Assembly: GCA_032128115.1 (NCBI GenBank)
Contig: JAQBHB010000084.1
Location: forward strand, 1-60,307
Reading direction: 5' to 3'
DNA: 60,307 nucleotides
Source of the DNA: Deltaproteobacteria bacterium
Lineage (GTDB): Bacteria; Myxococcota_A; UBA9160; SMWR01
Numbering within the stretch: position 1 is the stretch's first letter; each line of letters starts with the position of its first letter. The translations under genes were made by a program, and so were the position numbers. Under the pieces are notes generated by a model. It saw only the letters and a list, made by a program, of their open reading frames with translations, made no database searches and was not told where the DNA came from. Shown in pieces: positions 44,710-54,188 of the stretch.

Positions 44710-46286
44710 AACATCCCCTCCGGCTCGCCCACCAACACGAATACGTCCGGCCCCGCGAAATCGACGCCGGGCTCCCCCGGTCTCACCCGAACGGCACCGG
44801 GTGCGCGCGCCAGGCCCAGGGTGTCGGTCCGGATCGGAGCGACGATTGCCTGGACATCGACCAGCGTGAAGCGATCGGGCAGTTCCGCGCTGGTGGGATC
44901 GCCCGAAAGATCGACGCCTACGCCCGTCAGGCTCCCATCGCAGAACTCGCTGACGAAGGCGAGATCGCCTGCGTGGTTGAACGCCACGCCGGCGGTGAAC
45001 CCCGGGCACACATCCGAAGGCGCCCCTCCAGCGATGGAAGGGATCCGGAACGGCCGCTCGGCGTCGAAGATCACGGCCGAATCCAGCCGCCACGGCGTCC
45101 CCCCGGCCGCTGGAAGCGTCGCCAGCGGCGCCAGATCCACTGCGTAGACGGCCCGGTCCACCTGGCTTCCCACCAGGGCCACGCGACCCGACGGATCCAG
45201 CCCCAATCCCTCGCTGGAGAGACCCGCGAGTCCCAGGGGCCAGGTCGCCACCAGCTCCAGGGTCTCGGCATCGATCACGTCGATCGAGGCGGCCGTCCTG
45301 GCCACGGCGCCGCGTTCGATCACGTCGCGCGTGTCTCGATCGTCGGTCACGAGTCCGACGGCACCGCTCACGGTCACCAGCACGAACTCACGCCCCCCCG
45401 CGCGATAGCCCGTGACGTGGCTGGGATTGAAACCCGTGGGGATCACGACGGGTGTCGCCGCGTTCGGCCTGATCGTCGGCGGGTCGACCGACAGGTCCAC
45501 GTCGTAGACCAGCACGGCCCCCGGCAAATACTGGGTGTCCAGGGTTCCCTGGTCCTCGTTCAGGTTCGACATGGAGACGAACAGGCGACCGCCGGCGAGC
45601 ACGGCGCCAGATGTGAAGTTCGGGGAGTAGCTGGGGGTATCCGGGTCGCAGCGCGGCACCCGAGCCAGGGCCACGGCCACGGAATCTCCTCGCGAGTCCA
45701 GGGCATCCGGATCCGGCCGCACACAGGCGGCGGTGGAGATCCCGGTCTGGAGCCGAGACACGCCCGGAGGCGGCCACAAGATGTTGTCCGCCTGCACGAA
45801 CGGCGGGGCCGGTGCCTGTACCCGGAACTCGCGCAGCTCGCCGAGGCCCGGATCGAAGAAGAGCACGGCCTCGTAGCTGCTGGTGGTCACCCAGGCCAGA
45901 TCAGCGGACTCGGGAAAGACACCGTCCGGGATGGGAATCGCGACAATCGGAAACGCTCCCTCCGGGCGCCCATCGCCGTCGCTATCGGCGGGGAGTTCGA
46001 AGACCGGCGGCGCCAGGGTGACCCGGGGCGGTACCGGCTCCACCTCCAACGTCACCAGGGAAGGCGGCGAGAAATCAAAAGCCAGCACGCGACCGGGTGC
46101 ACCCGGCACGAACGCGAAGGCCGGCGGAAACGCTGCGCTGCTCAGGGCCGCACAGCGGGAGTCGGGACTCTCGACGCGCACCACCGCTGCCGAGCCGCCA
46201 CTCCCGTCGCCGCCGCCGCAGCTTCCGCCCCCGGCCGCCAGCGCCGCCAGCCCGATCGCCGCCACGTGCCCGCGCGCCCCCCTCAC
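44682..46286 (-). CDS. Lipoprotein with probable beta-propeller (YncE/BtuG-like position)
   Basis: Signal ending GGSC; beta-rich repeats (GAVLVYDV, ASIDVIDA, RAVYAVDL); directly follows the TonB receptor. Confidence 0.7.
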   Translation of the reverse strand: MRGARGHVAAIGLAALAAGGGSCGGGDGSGGSAAVVRVESPDSRCAALSSAAFPPAFAFVPGAPGRVLAFDFSPPSLVTLEVEPVPPRVTLAPPVFELPADSDGDGRPEGAFPIVAIPIPDGVFPESADLAWVTTSSYEAVLFFDPGLGELREFRVQAPAPPFVQADNILWPPPGVSRLQTGISTAACVRPDPDALDSRGDSVAVALARVPRCDPDTPSYSPNFTSGAVLAGGRLFVSMSNLNEDQGTLDTQYLPGAVLVYDVDLSVDPPTIRPNAATPVVIPTGFNPSHVTGYRAGGREFVLVTVSGAVGLVTDDRDTRDVIERGAVARTAASIDVIDAETLELVATWPLGLAGLSSEGLGLDPSGRVALVGSQVDRAVYAVDLAPLATLPAAGGTPWRLDSAVIFDAERPFRIPSIAGGAPSDVCPGFTAGVAFNHAGDLAFVSEFCDGSLTGVGVDLSGDPTSAELPDRFTLVDVQAIVAPIRTDTLGLARAPGAVRVRPGEPGVDFAGPDVFVLVGEPEGMLCGIRIESL

Positions 46287-48364
46287 CAGCGACCCTCGAA
46301 ACCGAACGTGAGCGACCGGCCGGGCTGGGGAAAGGAGCGCGCATCGCGGACGCTTTGATCGGTGAAATTTCGGGCGACGAAGGAGAACAGCAACTGGCGC
46401 GTGTGGGGCAGGTCCGCAAGCAGTGGCCAGCGCGCCACGTCCAACACCAGGCTCGCGTCGTACACCGTGCGGGCACTCACGACGTTGTTGCCGCTGGCCG
46501 ACACGGGAATGTCGCCCGTGTGGAGCACGTCGAAGACGACGCGGTAGCTGCGCGTCGGGGGCCCCAACTCCGCCCGAATGTTGTACTCGTCGCGCGGCCG
46601 CCCGGGCAGCGGGTTGCCCGTGCTCTTCACCTCCGTGTCCAGGTAGGTGTAGTTCCCCGAGAGCGAGACCCAGTCAGTCAGGCGCAGGGATCCGGCCACC
46701 TCGAGGCCGCGGATCAGGGCATCATCGCTATTGGTGGCCTGTACCACGCTGGGGCTCACCACCTGGAACACGATCGAGTTCTCGATGTCGTTGCGGAAGG
46801 CCGCGAACTCGAGAGTCACGTCACGCGCCGGACCCACGCGTTCGAACCCCATCTCGAAGCCCAGGTCCGCGTTCCAGGCGTCCTCGGGCTTCAGGTTGGG
46901 ATTGCCGCGCAGCGACTGCTCGTCCAGGTAGAGCTCGTCGAAGTCGGGAACCCGATAGGCGCGTTCGAAATTGCCCTTGAAGCGAAGCCACGGGAGCGGC
47001 TGCACGATGGCGCCGATCCGCGGCATCCATTCGCCGCCGAATCCCTCGGTGTAGTCGTATCGAACACCCGGAATCAGGCGCAGCACCGGCCCGAACAGGC
47101 GGACTTCGTCCTGGGTGAATACCCCCAGGGTGTAGCGCTGCGCGTCCGGGTCTCCCTGCGCCACCAGCCAGTCACGGCGAGCCTCGAAGCCCACTGCGAC
47201 CCGATGCTCGGAATCCCCCAGCTCCCCGACGCGCTCCGCCCCGACCCGTCCGCCCAGCGAGTGATTGCGCTGGTCGCTGTCGATGGGAGCGCCAAAAGGC
47301 GGCGTGTCGTCGCGAAAACGGTTGCGCTCGTATCGGTGGAAGATCAGCAGCTGTCCGTCCCAGGCACTTTCCAGCAGGCCGGCAGCATCCAGGCGCACAT
47401 CGGCCACGTTGCGCGTGCGCTTGCGGTGGGCGGTGGCGCTCTGGCCCAGGAATGCGCCGCCAAAAGCGTCGAGGCCCGGCTCCCCGGAGTCACCGTGGAA
47501 GAACTGGTTGCCCGCGCTGAGAAACAGCTGGTCGCCCAGGTCGCGGCCGATCCGGGTCAGCAGCGAGTGACGTTCACTCTGATTGTTGATGCGCTCGACG
47601 CTGCCCCTCGCGCTGGGCACGGGCACGCCGTCCAGCTCCCGATCGGCGGGCTGGAACTCGTAGTCGCCTTCGGTCTTGAATCCTTCGTATCCCAGGATCA
47701 ACTCGGTGTCACCCACGCGGCCCGTGCGGGTGGCCGATGCACCCCAGGTTCCGAACGAGCCCCCGGAAACGGTGGCCGTGGTGCGGGAATCCGCGCTGGG
47801 CCGCTTGGTGATGATGTTCACGACGCCGCCGATGGCACCGCTGCCGGTCTGCACCGATCCGCCGCCTCGCTCCACCTCGATGCGCTCGATCAATTCGGGC
47901 GGAATCGTCGAGAGGTCGACGCCCCCGGACTGGGCCGAGTTGAGTCGCACCCCGTCCAGCAAGATCACGACCTGGGAGCTGGTAGAGCCGCGGATCGAGA
48001 TCTCGGAGCGCTCCCCTTCGCCTCCGAAACGGCGCACCTGCACACCCACCGTTTCGCTCAACAGGTCGGGGACGCTCTTGAGCTCGCCGGCATACTCCTC
48101 CATCCGGATGACGGTGCTGAAACTCGAGGGATCCTCGGGCAGCTCGGCGGGCCGGATCGCCTCCACCACGACCGGCGGCGTGCGGCGATCCACGGCCGGA
48201 TCGGCTGCCAGATCGACGGGCCCGGCACCCCGGCTTCCGCGTACCAGGCCGAAAAGCCCCAGGCACACCACACCCGCGATTCGCGGCGATCGGGCGCCCA
48301 CGAGCACGCGACGCAAGGCTCCCCTCCCCGCGGCAGCACACGGCAACGGCCGGCGCCTCCGCAC
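46283..48364 (-). CDS. TonB-dependent receptor, BtuB-like cobalamin transporter
   Basis: Plug motifs ISIRGS, LLDGV, IERIEVERG, GAIGGVVNIITK; GNPNLKPE; C-terminal aromatic residue (GRW). Lies downstream of a cobalamin riboswitch. Start uncertain. Confidence 0.88.
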   Translation of the reverse strand: MRRRRPLPCAAAGRGALRRVLVGARSPRIAGVVCLGLFGLVRGSRGAGPVDLAADPAVDRRTPPVVVEAIRPAELPEDPSSFSTVIRMEEYAGELKSVPDLLSETVGVQVRRFGGEGERSEISIRGSTSSQVVILLDGVRLNSAQSGGVDLSTIPPELIERIEVERGGGSVQTGSGAIGGVVNIITKRPSADSRTTATVSGGSFGTWGASATRTGRVGDTELILGYEGFKTEGDYEFQPADRELDGVPVPSARGSVERINNQSERHSLLTRIGRDLGDQLFLSAGNQFFHGDSGEPGLDAFGGAFLGQSATAHRKRTRNVADVRLDAAGLLESAWDGQLLIFHRYERNRFRDDTPPFGAPIDSDQRNHSLGGRVGAERVGELGDSEHRVAVGFEARRDWLVAQGDPDAQRYTLGVFTQDEVRLFGPVLRLIPGVRYDYTEGFGGEWMPRIGAIVQPLPWLRFKGNFERAYRVPDFDELYLDEQSLRGNPNLKPEDAWNADLGFEMGFERVGPARDVTLEFAAFRNDIENSIVFQVVSPSVVQATNSDDALIRGLEVAGSLRLTDWVSLSGNYTYLDTEVKSTGNPLPGRPRDEYNIRAELGPPTRSYRVVFDVLHTGDIPVSASGNNVVSARTVYDASLVLDVARWPLLADLPHTRQLLFSFVARNFTDQSVRDARSFPQPGRSLTFGFEGRW

Positions 48365-48493
48365 ATGGACAGGGCGATGGAGCGTCTTTCTCGGCTACGA
48401 GAGTTCTGAGGAGATACCGGACGAATCCACGCGTCCACGGCCGCATTCGCGGCGAGTCGTCTCCTCCCCGACACCGGAGAAGGACGTGGCTGG

Positions 48494-48710
48494 TGGAAGG
48501 CCGGTCTTCTGGCTTCCGGATCGTTCGAGCGCCGAGCCTTCCCAGCCCGTCATCGGGCCAGTGGCGTGTTTCGACGATCGTCCCCGGTTACAGCGACGGG
48601 CTCGCGCCGGATTCTCACCGGCTTCCCGCGACCTCCGCCCCATCGGAATCTCCGACCCGGGCGGAAATCGTCTTCGACTCGCAGGACGAGACGAAGATCA
48701 CCTTCCATCG
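48494..48710 (-). ncRNA. Cobalamin (B12) riboswitch
   Basis: GGAAGGTG...CGGGAAGCCGGTGAGAATCCGGCGCGAGCCCGTCGCTGTAA...GCCACTGG...GGGAAGGC...AGCCAGAAGACCGGCCTTCCA (B12 box); P1 TGGAAGG/CCTTCCA. Confidence 0.93.
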
Positions 48711-48764
48711 CAATGTCCGGCGCCTTTGTACCTGCCGCGCCAACGGGCGTCAACTCCCGTCGGG

Positions 48765-49508
48765 TCAGCCGCCCAGCTCCTGGGAAAACAGGGTTTTCAG
48801 GCGCTCCCAGGCATCCGTCGCGGCCTTCACCTGATACGAGTCGCGCCGATCGCAGAAGAATCCGTGCTGGGCGCCGGGATACACCACGATGTCGTGGTTC
48901 GTGCCGCTCTTCTCGAGCGCCTCGCGGATCGCCTGCACCTGCTCGGCGGGGATGTAGTCGTCGTTCTCTCCGAACAGGCACAAGATCCTGCCCTTGATCC
49001 GACCCGTGCGGCCGATGCTGGAGCCGGCCCCTCCGAGCCCCCGGGGCGCCGCTATGCCGCCCCCGTAGAAGCTGGCTGCCGCCTTCACATCGGTCTCACA
49101 GGCCGCCAGATACGTGACGTGCCCACCGATGCAGAAGCCCATGCAGCCGATCTGATCACCCTGGACATCCGGGCGTCCGCGCAGGCAGTCGATCGCGGCC
49201 TGGACATCGCTCACGACCTCATCGGCCTTCAGCTGGTTCAGGAGCGCAAAACCCTTCGCCATGCCCTCATCGTCGTAGTCGTACTCCACACCCGGACCGG
49301 TGCGGTGGAAGTAGTCGGGCGCGAGTGCCACGTAGCCCTCGCGGGCCACGCGATCGGTGACCTCGCGGATGTGGGCGTTCACTCCGAAGATCTCCATGAA
49401 CACCAGAACGGCCGGCCTGGGGCCGGCTTCCGTCGGGTGAGCCAGATATCCGCCCATGCTGCCGCCGCTCGCCAGGGGAATCTCGACGCGTTCGTTCGCA
49501 ATCTGCAT
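48765..49508 (-). CDS. Dienelactone hydrolase family protein
   Basis: EIFGVNAHI, GFCIGG, SFYGG, YPGAQHGF. Confidence 0.93.
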   Translation of the reverse strand: MQIANERVEIPLASGGSMGGYLAHPTEAGPRPAVLVFMEIFGVNAHIREVTDRVAREGYVALAPDYFHRTGPGVEYDYDDEGMAKGFALLNQLKADEVVSDVQAAIDCLRGRPDVQGDQIGCMGFCIGGHVTYLAACETDVKAAASFYGGGIAAPRGLGGAGSSIGRTGRIKGRILCLFGENDDYIPAEQVQAIREALEKSGTNHDIVVYPGAQHGFFCDRRDSYQVKAATDAWERLKTLFSQELGG

Positions 49509-49552
49509 TTTTCTCTCCTTGTTCTCTTCAGGGCCTGGGCGGATCGAAGGTT

Positions 49553-52204
49553 TCAGCGGGCACGCGGCTTGCGCAGATCGAGCAGAGCCGGCAACACCAC
49601 CAGATTACACACGACCGTGAAGACCATTCCAGCCGTCAGGAGAATTCCCAGGGATCGCATGCCCAGGTGTGAAGACAGCGCGAGGCTTCCGAAACTCACG
49701 GTGGTGGTGAGGGCGCTGTAGAAGATCGCCCGGGCCGTGGTGCTCTCCAGCAGGTCGCCCCGCTCCGCAACATCGCTCTTGGCCCGGTGTACCAGGTGGA
49801 TGGCGCTGTCGACCCCGATGCCCAGGAGCAGCGGCAGGACGATCACGTTGGTGAAGTTGAAGGCGAAGCCCAACAGCACCACGGTGGCTCCGGTGAGAAC
49901 CGAGCTCAGCAGCAGCGGCGCCATGACCAGCGCAACGTCCGAGATCCGGCGCCAGAGAATCCACAGGAGCGCCGTCACGGCCAACAGCGCCGAGGCGATG
50001 GCCTGCTGGAACGAGTCGACCGTGACACGCCCGAATTCCACCAGGTTGACCGGAACGCCCACGACGTCGGGCGCCACGCTGCGCACCGAATCCACGAAGC
50101 GGTTCAGAGCGTGGTCGCTGCTGAGATCCTCGGCGGGATACACCTGAAGCCGCGCCGTTCCGTCCGGCGCGCGCATGCGCCGCGTCAGGTCGGCGGGCAG
50201 GCTTTCCAGCTTGATCGGCTCGGCCGTGAGCCCGTTGCGGAGTCGCGCCAACTGGTCCGGCAGCCCCGCCAGCAGCACGCTTTCCAGACTCTCGAGTGCG
50301 GCCTGGGCGTCCCCGCCCCCATCGACCCGCTCCAGGAAGACGCCCAGGCGCCCGCGCAGATCGCGCATGGCCGCGGCCAGGGGTGTCGTCTTGCCCTGGA
50401 TCCAGGGCACATCCAGGAACTCGTAGAGTTCGCGAAGGGCATCGACCTGCGCTTGCACCGGGAGAGCGGCGCCCGCCCCGAACGCCCCACGGCTGGCCGC
50501 CGGGTCGAGCAGCATGGCCACGTCGGCCAGGATCTCCAGCTTGTCTTCCTGATCGTCGGGGACGTAGTCGGCGAGGGTGACGGTGTGGTCCACCCGGTCG
50601 AGCTCCGCCAGGCGATTCCCCAGCTCGGCGGCCGACTCCAGATCCGGCCGCAGGGCGTTGACGAACCACATGCTGCCTCGACCGTTTTCCAGCAGATCGT
50701 TGAAGGTGCGCACCGACTCGCTGTCCGGATCGCGCATGGCCACCACGTTCACGTCGAAGCGCGCCTGGGAAACCGCGGCCAGCCCGATGGCGCCCGCCAG
50801 CAGCGCGACGGCGCGCACCCGGCCGGGATGCCGCTCGAAGGGCCGCCACCACGCGGCCCGGAAGCGGAGTTCCGAGCGCAGGCTGGCGGGATCGACCTGC
50901 AGCCAGCTGCTCAGGAGCGCGGGGAAGAACGTGAGCGTCAGCAACAGGATCACGAACATGCCGGAGCCCGAGATGAGCCCCAGCTCGGCCACCCCCCGAT
51001 AATCGGTGGGGACGAATACGTAGAACCCGATGGCCGTGGTCACGGCGCACAACACCAGGGAGCTGCCCACGTCGCCGGCTGCAGTCCGCAGGGAGTCGGG
51101 GTGGCTCAGGCCGCGCCGCAGCTGATCCGCGTAGCGCATGCCCAGATGGATGCTGAAGTCGACGCCCAGCCCGATGAACAGGATGGCAAAGGCGATGGAG
51201 ATCACGTTGAGCATGCCCACGGTGAGAGACGCCACCGTGGCCGTCCAGATCAGCCCCACCAGCAACGTGATCAGCGCGGCGGCCACCAGCTTGAACGAGC
51301 GCAGGGCCAGTGTCAGCACCAACGCCACCAGGGCGAAGCAGAACACTCCGGCGGCGCCGATGCTCCACAGGATGCCAAGCATTTCCTCGTAGTTCAGGGC
51401 CGGATTTCCCGTCACGCGTACGCGAACCCCGCGCTCCGGCGTGAAGCCCAGCTCCCGGGCCGTCTCGCGAATCGTCTCCAATGCGTCGCCCGCCAGGAAG
51501 ATGTTTGCGGGGTCGAGAATCGCGTCCACCACGAGAGTGTGGCGGGTGGGGGGTTCGATGTTCGAGCCGCGCAGGAAGATCTCTTCCCAGGAGATGGCCA
51601 CCGGGTACTCCTCGAACACGGCCACCGTCGCCTGCCCCACCCGATCCAGCACCAGCGTCCACTCCTCGCCCGACTCGCCCTCCTCGTGCACGTGGGCGAG
51701 GCCATCGGCCAGCAACGAAGACAGGTTCTGGATGCTCGGGTCGGTCTCGAGCTCAGCGATCAGGGGCTGCATGCGCGCCATCTCCGCGGAGAAGACGTCC
51801 AGGTCGTCCAGGTCGCGATACAGCAGCGCGTGGCGCTCGAAGAAGTCACCCCCGCCCGGGATGTAGACCCGGGTGAAGCGATCCGTGCGCAGCGTCAGGG
51901 CGTCTCGCAACGCAATCGCGGCCTGGCGGGCCAGCTCCGAAGTCTCGCCGTCTACCACCACCAGCAGCGAGTCGTCCAGGGCCGGAAATCGCGACGTGAA
52001 CTGCTCGTAGGCGAGGCGCGACGGCAGATCGTCGGAGATCAGCCCCATGTTGTCGGAGTTCACGCCCAGGTGGCCGGCGGTCCAGGCGCCAAATACGACC
52101 GTGAGGGCCAGCCCTCCCATCACCACGACGCGCGCGCGGCGACGCACGGCGTCGACCCCAACGACGATCACCTTCTCCAGAAACGAATCGATCCGGTTCT
52201 TCAC
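49553..52204 (-). CDS. hpnN: Hopanoid-associated RND/MMPL transporter (HpnN-like)
   Basis: GGGDFFERHALLY, FAILFIGLGVDFSIH, PTDYRGVAELG, LLLGIGVD, SSHLGM. Confidence 0.8.
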   Translation of the reverse strand: MKNRIDSFLEKVIVVGVDAVRRRARVVVMGGLALTVVFGAWTAGHLGVNSDNMGLISDDLPSRLAYEQFTSRFPALDDSLLVVVDGETSELARQAAIALRDALTLRTDRFTRVYIPGGGDFFERHALLYRDLDDLDVFSAEMARMQPLIAELETDPSIQNLSSLLADGLAHVHEEGESGEEWTLVLDRVGQATVAVFEEYPVAISWEEIFLRGSNIEPPTRHTLVVDAILDPANIFLAGDALETIRETARELGFTPERGVRVRVTGNPALNYEEMLGILWSIGAAGVFCFALVALVLTLALRSFKLVAAALITLLVGLIWTATVASLTVGMLNVISIAFAILFIGLGVDFSIHLGMRYADQLRRGLSHPDSLRTAAGDVGSSLVLCAVTTAIGFYVFVPTDYRGVAELGLISGSGMFVILLLTLTFFPALLSSWLQVDPASLRSELRFRAAWWRPFERHPGRVRAVALLAGAIGLAAVSQARFDVNVVAMRDPDSESVRTFNDLLENGRGSMWFVNALRPDLESAAELGNRLAELDRVDHTVTLADYVPDDQEDKLEILADVAMLLDPAASRGAFGAGAALPVQAQVDALRELYEFLDVPWIQGKTTPLAAAMRDLRGRLGVFLERVDGGGDAQAALESLESVLLAGLPDQLARLRNGLTAEPIKLESLPADLTRRMRAPDGTARLQVYPAEDLSSDHALNRFVDSVRSVAPDVVGVPVNLVEFGRVTVDSFQQAIASALLAVTALLWILWRRISDVALVMAPLLLSSVLTGATVVLLGFAFNFTNVIVLPLLLGIGVDSAIHLVHRAKSDVAERGDLLESTTARAIFYSALTTTVSFGSLALSSHLGMRSLGILLTAGMVFTVVCNLVVLPALLDLRKPRAR

Positions 52205-52291
52205 GACGGCGTCAGCGAGGCGGGAGCTTCGCGAGGATCTCCGCCACGGCCACACCCGCCAGGAACACCGCCGCGCGCCACCCGTTCAGCA

Positions 52292-53503
52292 TCAGATCAC
52301 CTTGCGTTCGCGGAGGCCGCCGATGTCGTCCCAGGTGTAGCCGAGCAGCTCGGTGAGCACGGCTTCGGTGTGCTCGCCGAACTCGGGCGCCGGCATGCGC
52401 ACCTGGCCCGGCGTCTCGCTCAGGCCCACCGGCATCCCCATCATCTGGATCTTCCCGTGGCGCTCGTGTTCGAAATCAATCACGTAGTCGTTGGCCAGCA
52501 CCTGGGGATCTTCGGGCAGGTCCGCCACGGAGTTCACGCGAGTGAAGATGAAATCACCTCCGTTGCGCAGGATCCCGGTCCACTCTGCCAGGGACTTCGA
52601 TGCGAAGACCTCGTCCAGGATCGCCACGCAGGCCGCCGCGTTCCGGGCCCGGGAACGCAGGTCGAGGAAGCGCTCGTCATCGGCGAGCTCGGGCCGCCCC
52701 AGAGCCCGGGTGAAATCCTTCCAGTAGCGGTCCGGCTGGAGCATGCCGAGACAGATCCACCTGTCGTCGCCACAGCGGTAGTGATTCCACAGGGGATTGC
52801 CCGCCTGGCTGCGCGCTGTGCGCGGCAGGGCGAAGCCCATCATCAGGCGCGCCGACACGCTCAAACCCTGGAGCATCATCATGCTTCCCAGGTGCGAGGC
52901 GTTCACTTCCTGTCCCATTCCGAGTCGCTCGCGGGCCACGATGGCCGCCAGAATGCCGTAGGCCAGCATGATGGCGCCCATCTGGTCTGCCACTCCACCG
53001 GCGACGCCCAGCGGCGGCATGTCGGGCTCGCCCGCCGCCATCATGATCCCCGAGCGGGCGAGCCCGAGCTGATCGAAGGAGGGGTCGCCACTCTCGGGAC
53101 CCTCCGGCCCGTAACCGGTGGCGTTGGCGTAGATGAGCTTCGGGTTGTGCTTGCGGAGCGTCGCGTAGTCGAGCGCCAGCCGTCCCGCCACCCCCTTGCG
53201 GAAGTTCTGGACGAACACGTCCGACTTCGCCACCAGCCGGTACACGATCTCCCGGGCCTCCGGCTGCTTGAGGTCGAGGGTCAGGCTCTTCTTGTTGCGA
53301 TTGTTGGCCTCGAAATAGAAATTGGGTCGGTCGCCCAGATCCACGCCGCTCATCTGGACCACGCCGCGGCCCGGGTCGCCCCCCACCCGCTCCTCGATCT
53401 TGATCACCTCGGCGCCCAGGTCGCCCAACATCGCCGTACAGACGGGGCCCTGCTGCCAGATGGTCCAATCCACCACGCGGATTCCGTCGAGCGGCATCGC
53501 CAT
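52292..53503 (-). CDS. CaiB/BaiF family III CoA-transferase
   Basis: PLDGIRVVD, LGDLGAEVIKIE, NRNKKSLTLDL, APEFGEHT. Confidence 0.95.
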   Translation of the reverse strand: MAMPLDGIRVVDWTIWQQGPVCTAMLGDLGAEVIKIEERVGGDPGRGVVQMSGVDLGDRPNFYFEANNRNKKSLTLDLKQPEAREIVYRLVAKSDVFVQNFRKGVAGRLALDYATLRKHNPKLIYANATGYGPEGPESGDPSFDQLGLARSGIMMAAGEPDMPPLGVAGGVADQMGAIMLAYGILAAIVARERLGMGQEVNASHLGSMMMLQGLSVSARLMMGFALPRTARSQAGNPLWNHYRCGDDRWICLGMLQPDRYWKDFTRALGRPELADDERFLDLRSRARNAAACVAILDEVFASKSLAEWTGILRNGGDFIFTRVNSVADLPEDPQVLANDYVIDFEHERHGKIQMMGMPVGLSETPGQVRMPAPEFGEHTEAVLTELLGYTWDDIGGLRERKVI

Positions 53504-53553
53504 GATTGCCTCCTGCTTCGCGTCTCCGGCCAACCGGGTCCGTCAGTCTCGCG

Positions 53554-54129
53554 TTACGTGTGCATTCGCGCCAGCGCCGGAGACCCGGCGAGGATCTCTG
53601 CCTCGCAGCGGGCCAGCTGCTGCAATCGGGCCTTCACCTCGGATGCACTGGCCAGCCCCCGGGCCAGGTCCACGTAGATTCCGTGGTGACGCGCCTCCGC
53701 CTCCAGCAGCCCCGCGTAGAAGCGCTTCAGCTCCGGGTCCACCACCGCCTCGGCCAGGATCTGGAAACGCTCGCAGCTGCGCGCCTCGATCAAAGCGCAG
53801 CAGAGCAGCGTGTCCACCAGGCGCGCCGGCTCCGCACTCCGCACGGCGGCGCGCAGGCGTCCGGCGTAGGGGCTCGGTCGTTGCCGCTGAAACTCGATTC
53901 CCCGGGATTCCAGGAGACGCAACACCGCTTCGAAGTGGGTCAGCTCCTCGCGCGCGATGCGCGACAGGGGCTCGAGCAGGAAGCCGTGCTCGCTGTACCG
54001 GAACAGCAGGCGCACGGCGGTACCCGCCGCCTTCTGCTCACAGTGGGCGTGATCCACCAGCACCTGGTCCAGGTGCGCCAGGGCGCGCTGTGTCCAGCCG
54101 GGGTCCGTCGGCGACGCCAGATTGAGCAT
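53554..54129 (-). CDS. miaE: tRNA-(ms2io6A37) hydroxylase
   Basis: DHAHCEQKAA, EELTHF, IEARSCERF, EARH. Confidence 0.92.
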   Translation of the reverse strand: MLNLASPTDPGWTQRALAHLDQVLVDHAHCEQKAAGTAVRLLFRYSEHGFLLEPLSRIAREELTHFEAVLRLLESRGIEFQRQRPSPYAGRLRAAVRSAEPARLVDTLLCCALIEARSCERFQILAEAVVDPELKRFYAGLLEAEARHHGIYVDLARGLASASEVKARLQQLARCEAEILAGSPALARMHT

Positions 54130-54134
54130 GCCGC

Positions 54135-54179
54135 ATTCTACCCGCCGGCATCCGCCAGCGCGCGGCCCTGGGGTAGAAT
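54135..54179. promoter_or_regulatory. Back-to-back TAGAAT -10 boxes of the divergent miaE and AKR promoters (leaderless-type)
   Basis: TAGAAT on minus (54140-54135) 5 nt before the miaE ATG; TAGAAT on plus (54174-54179) 9 nt before GTG 54189. Confidence 0.55.
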
Positions 54180-54188
54180 TGCCGGGTC

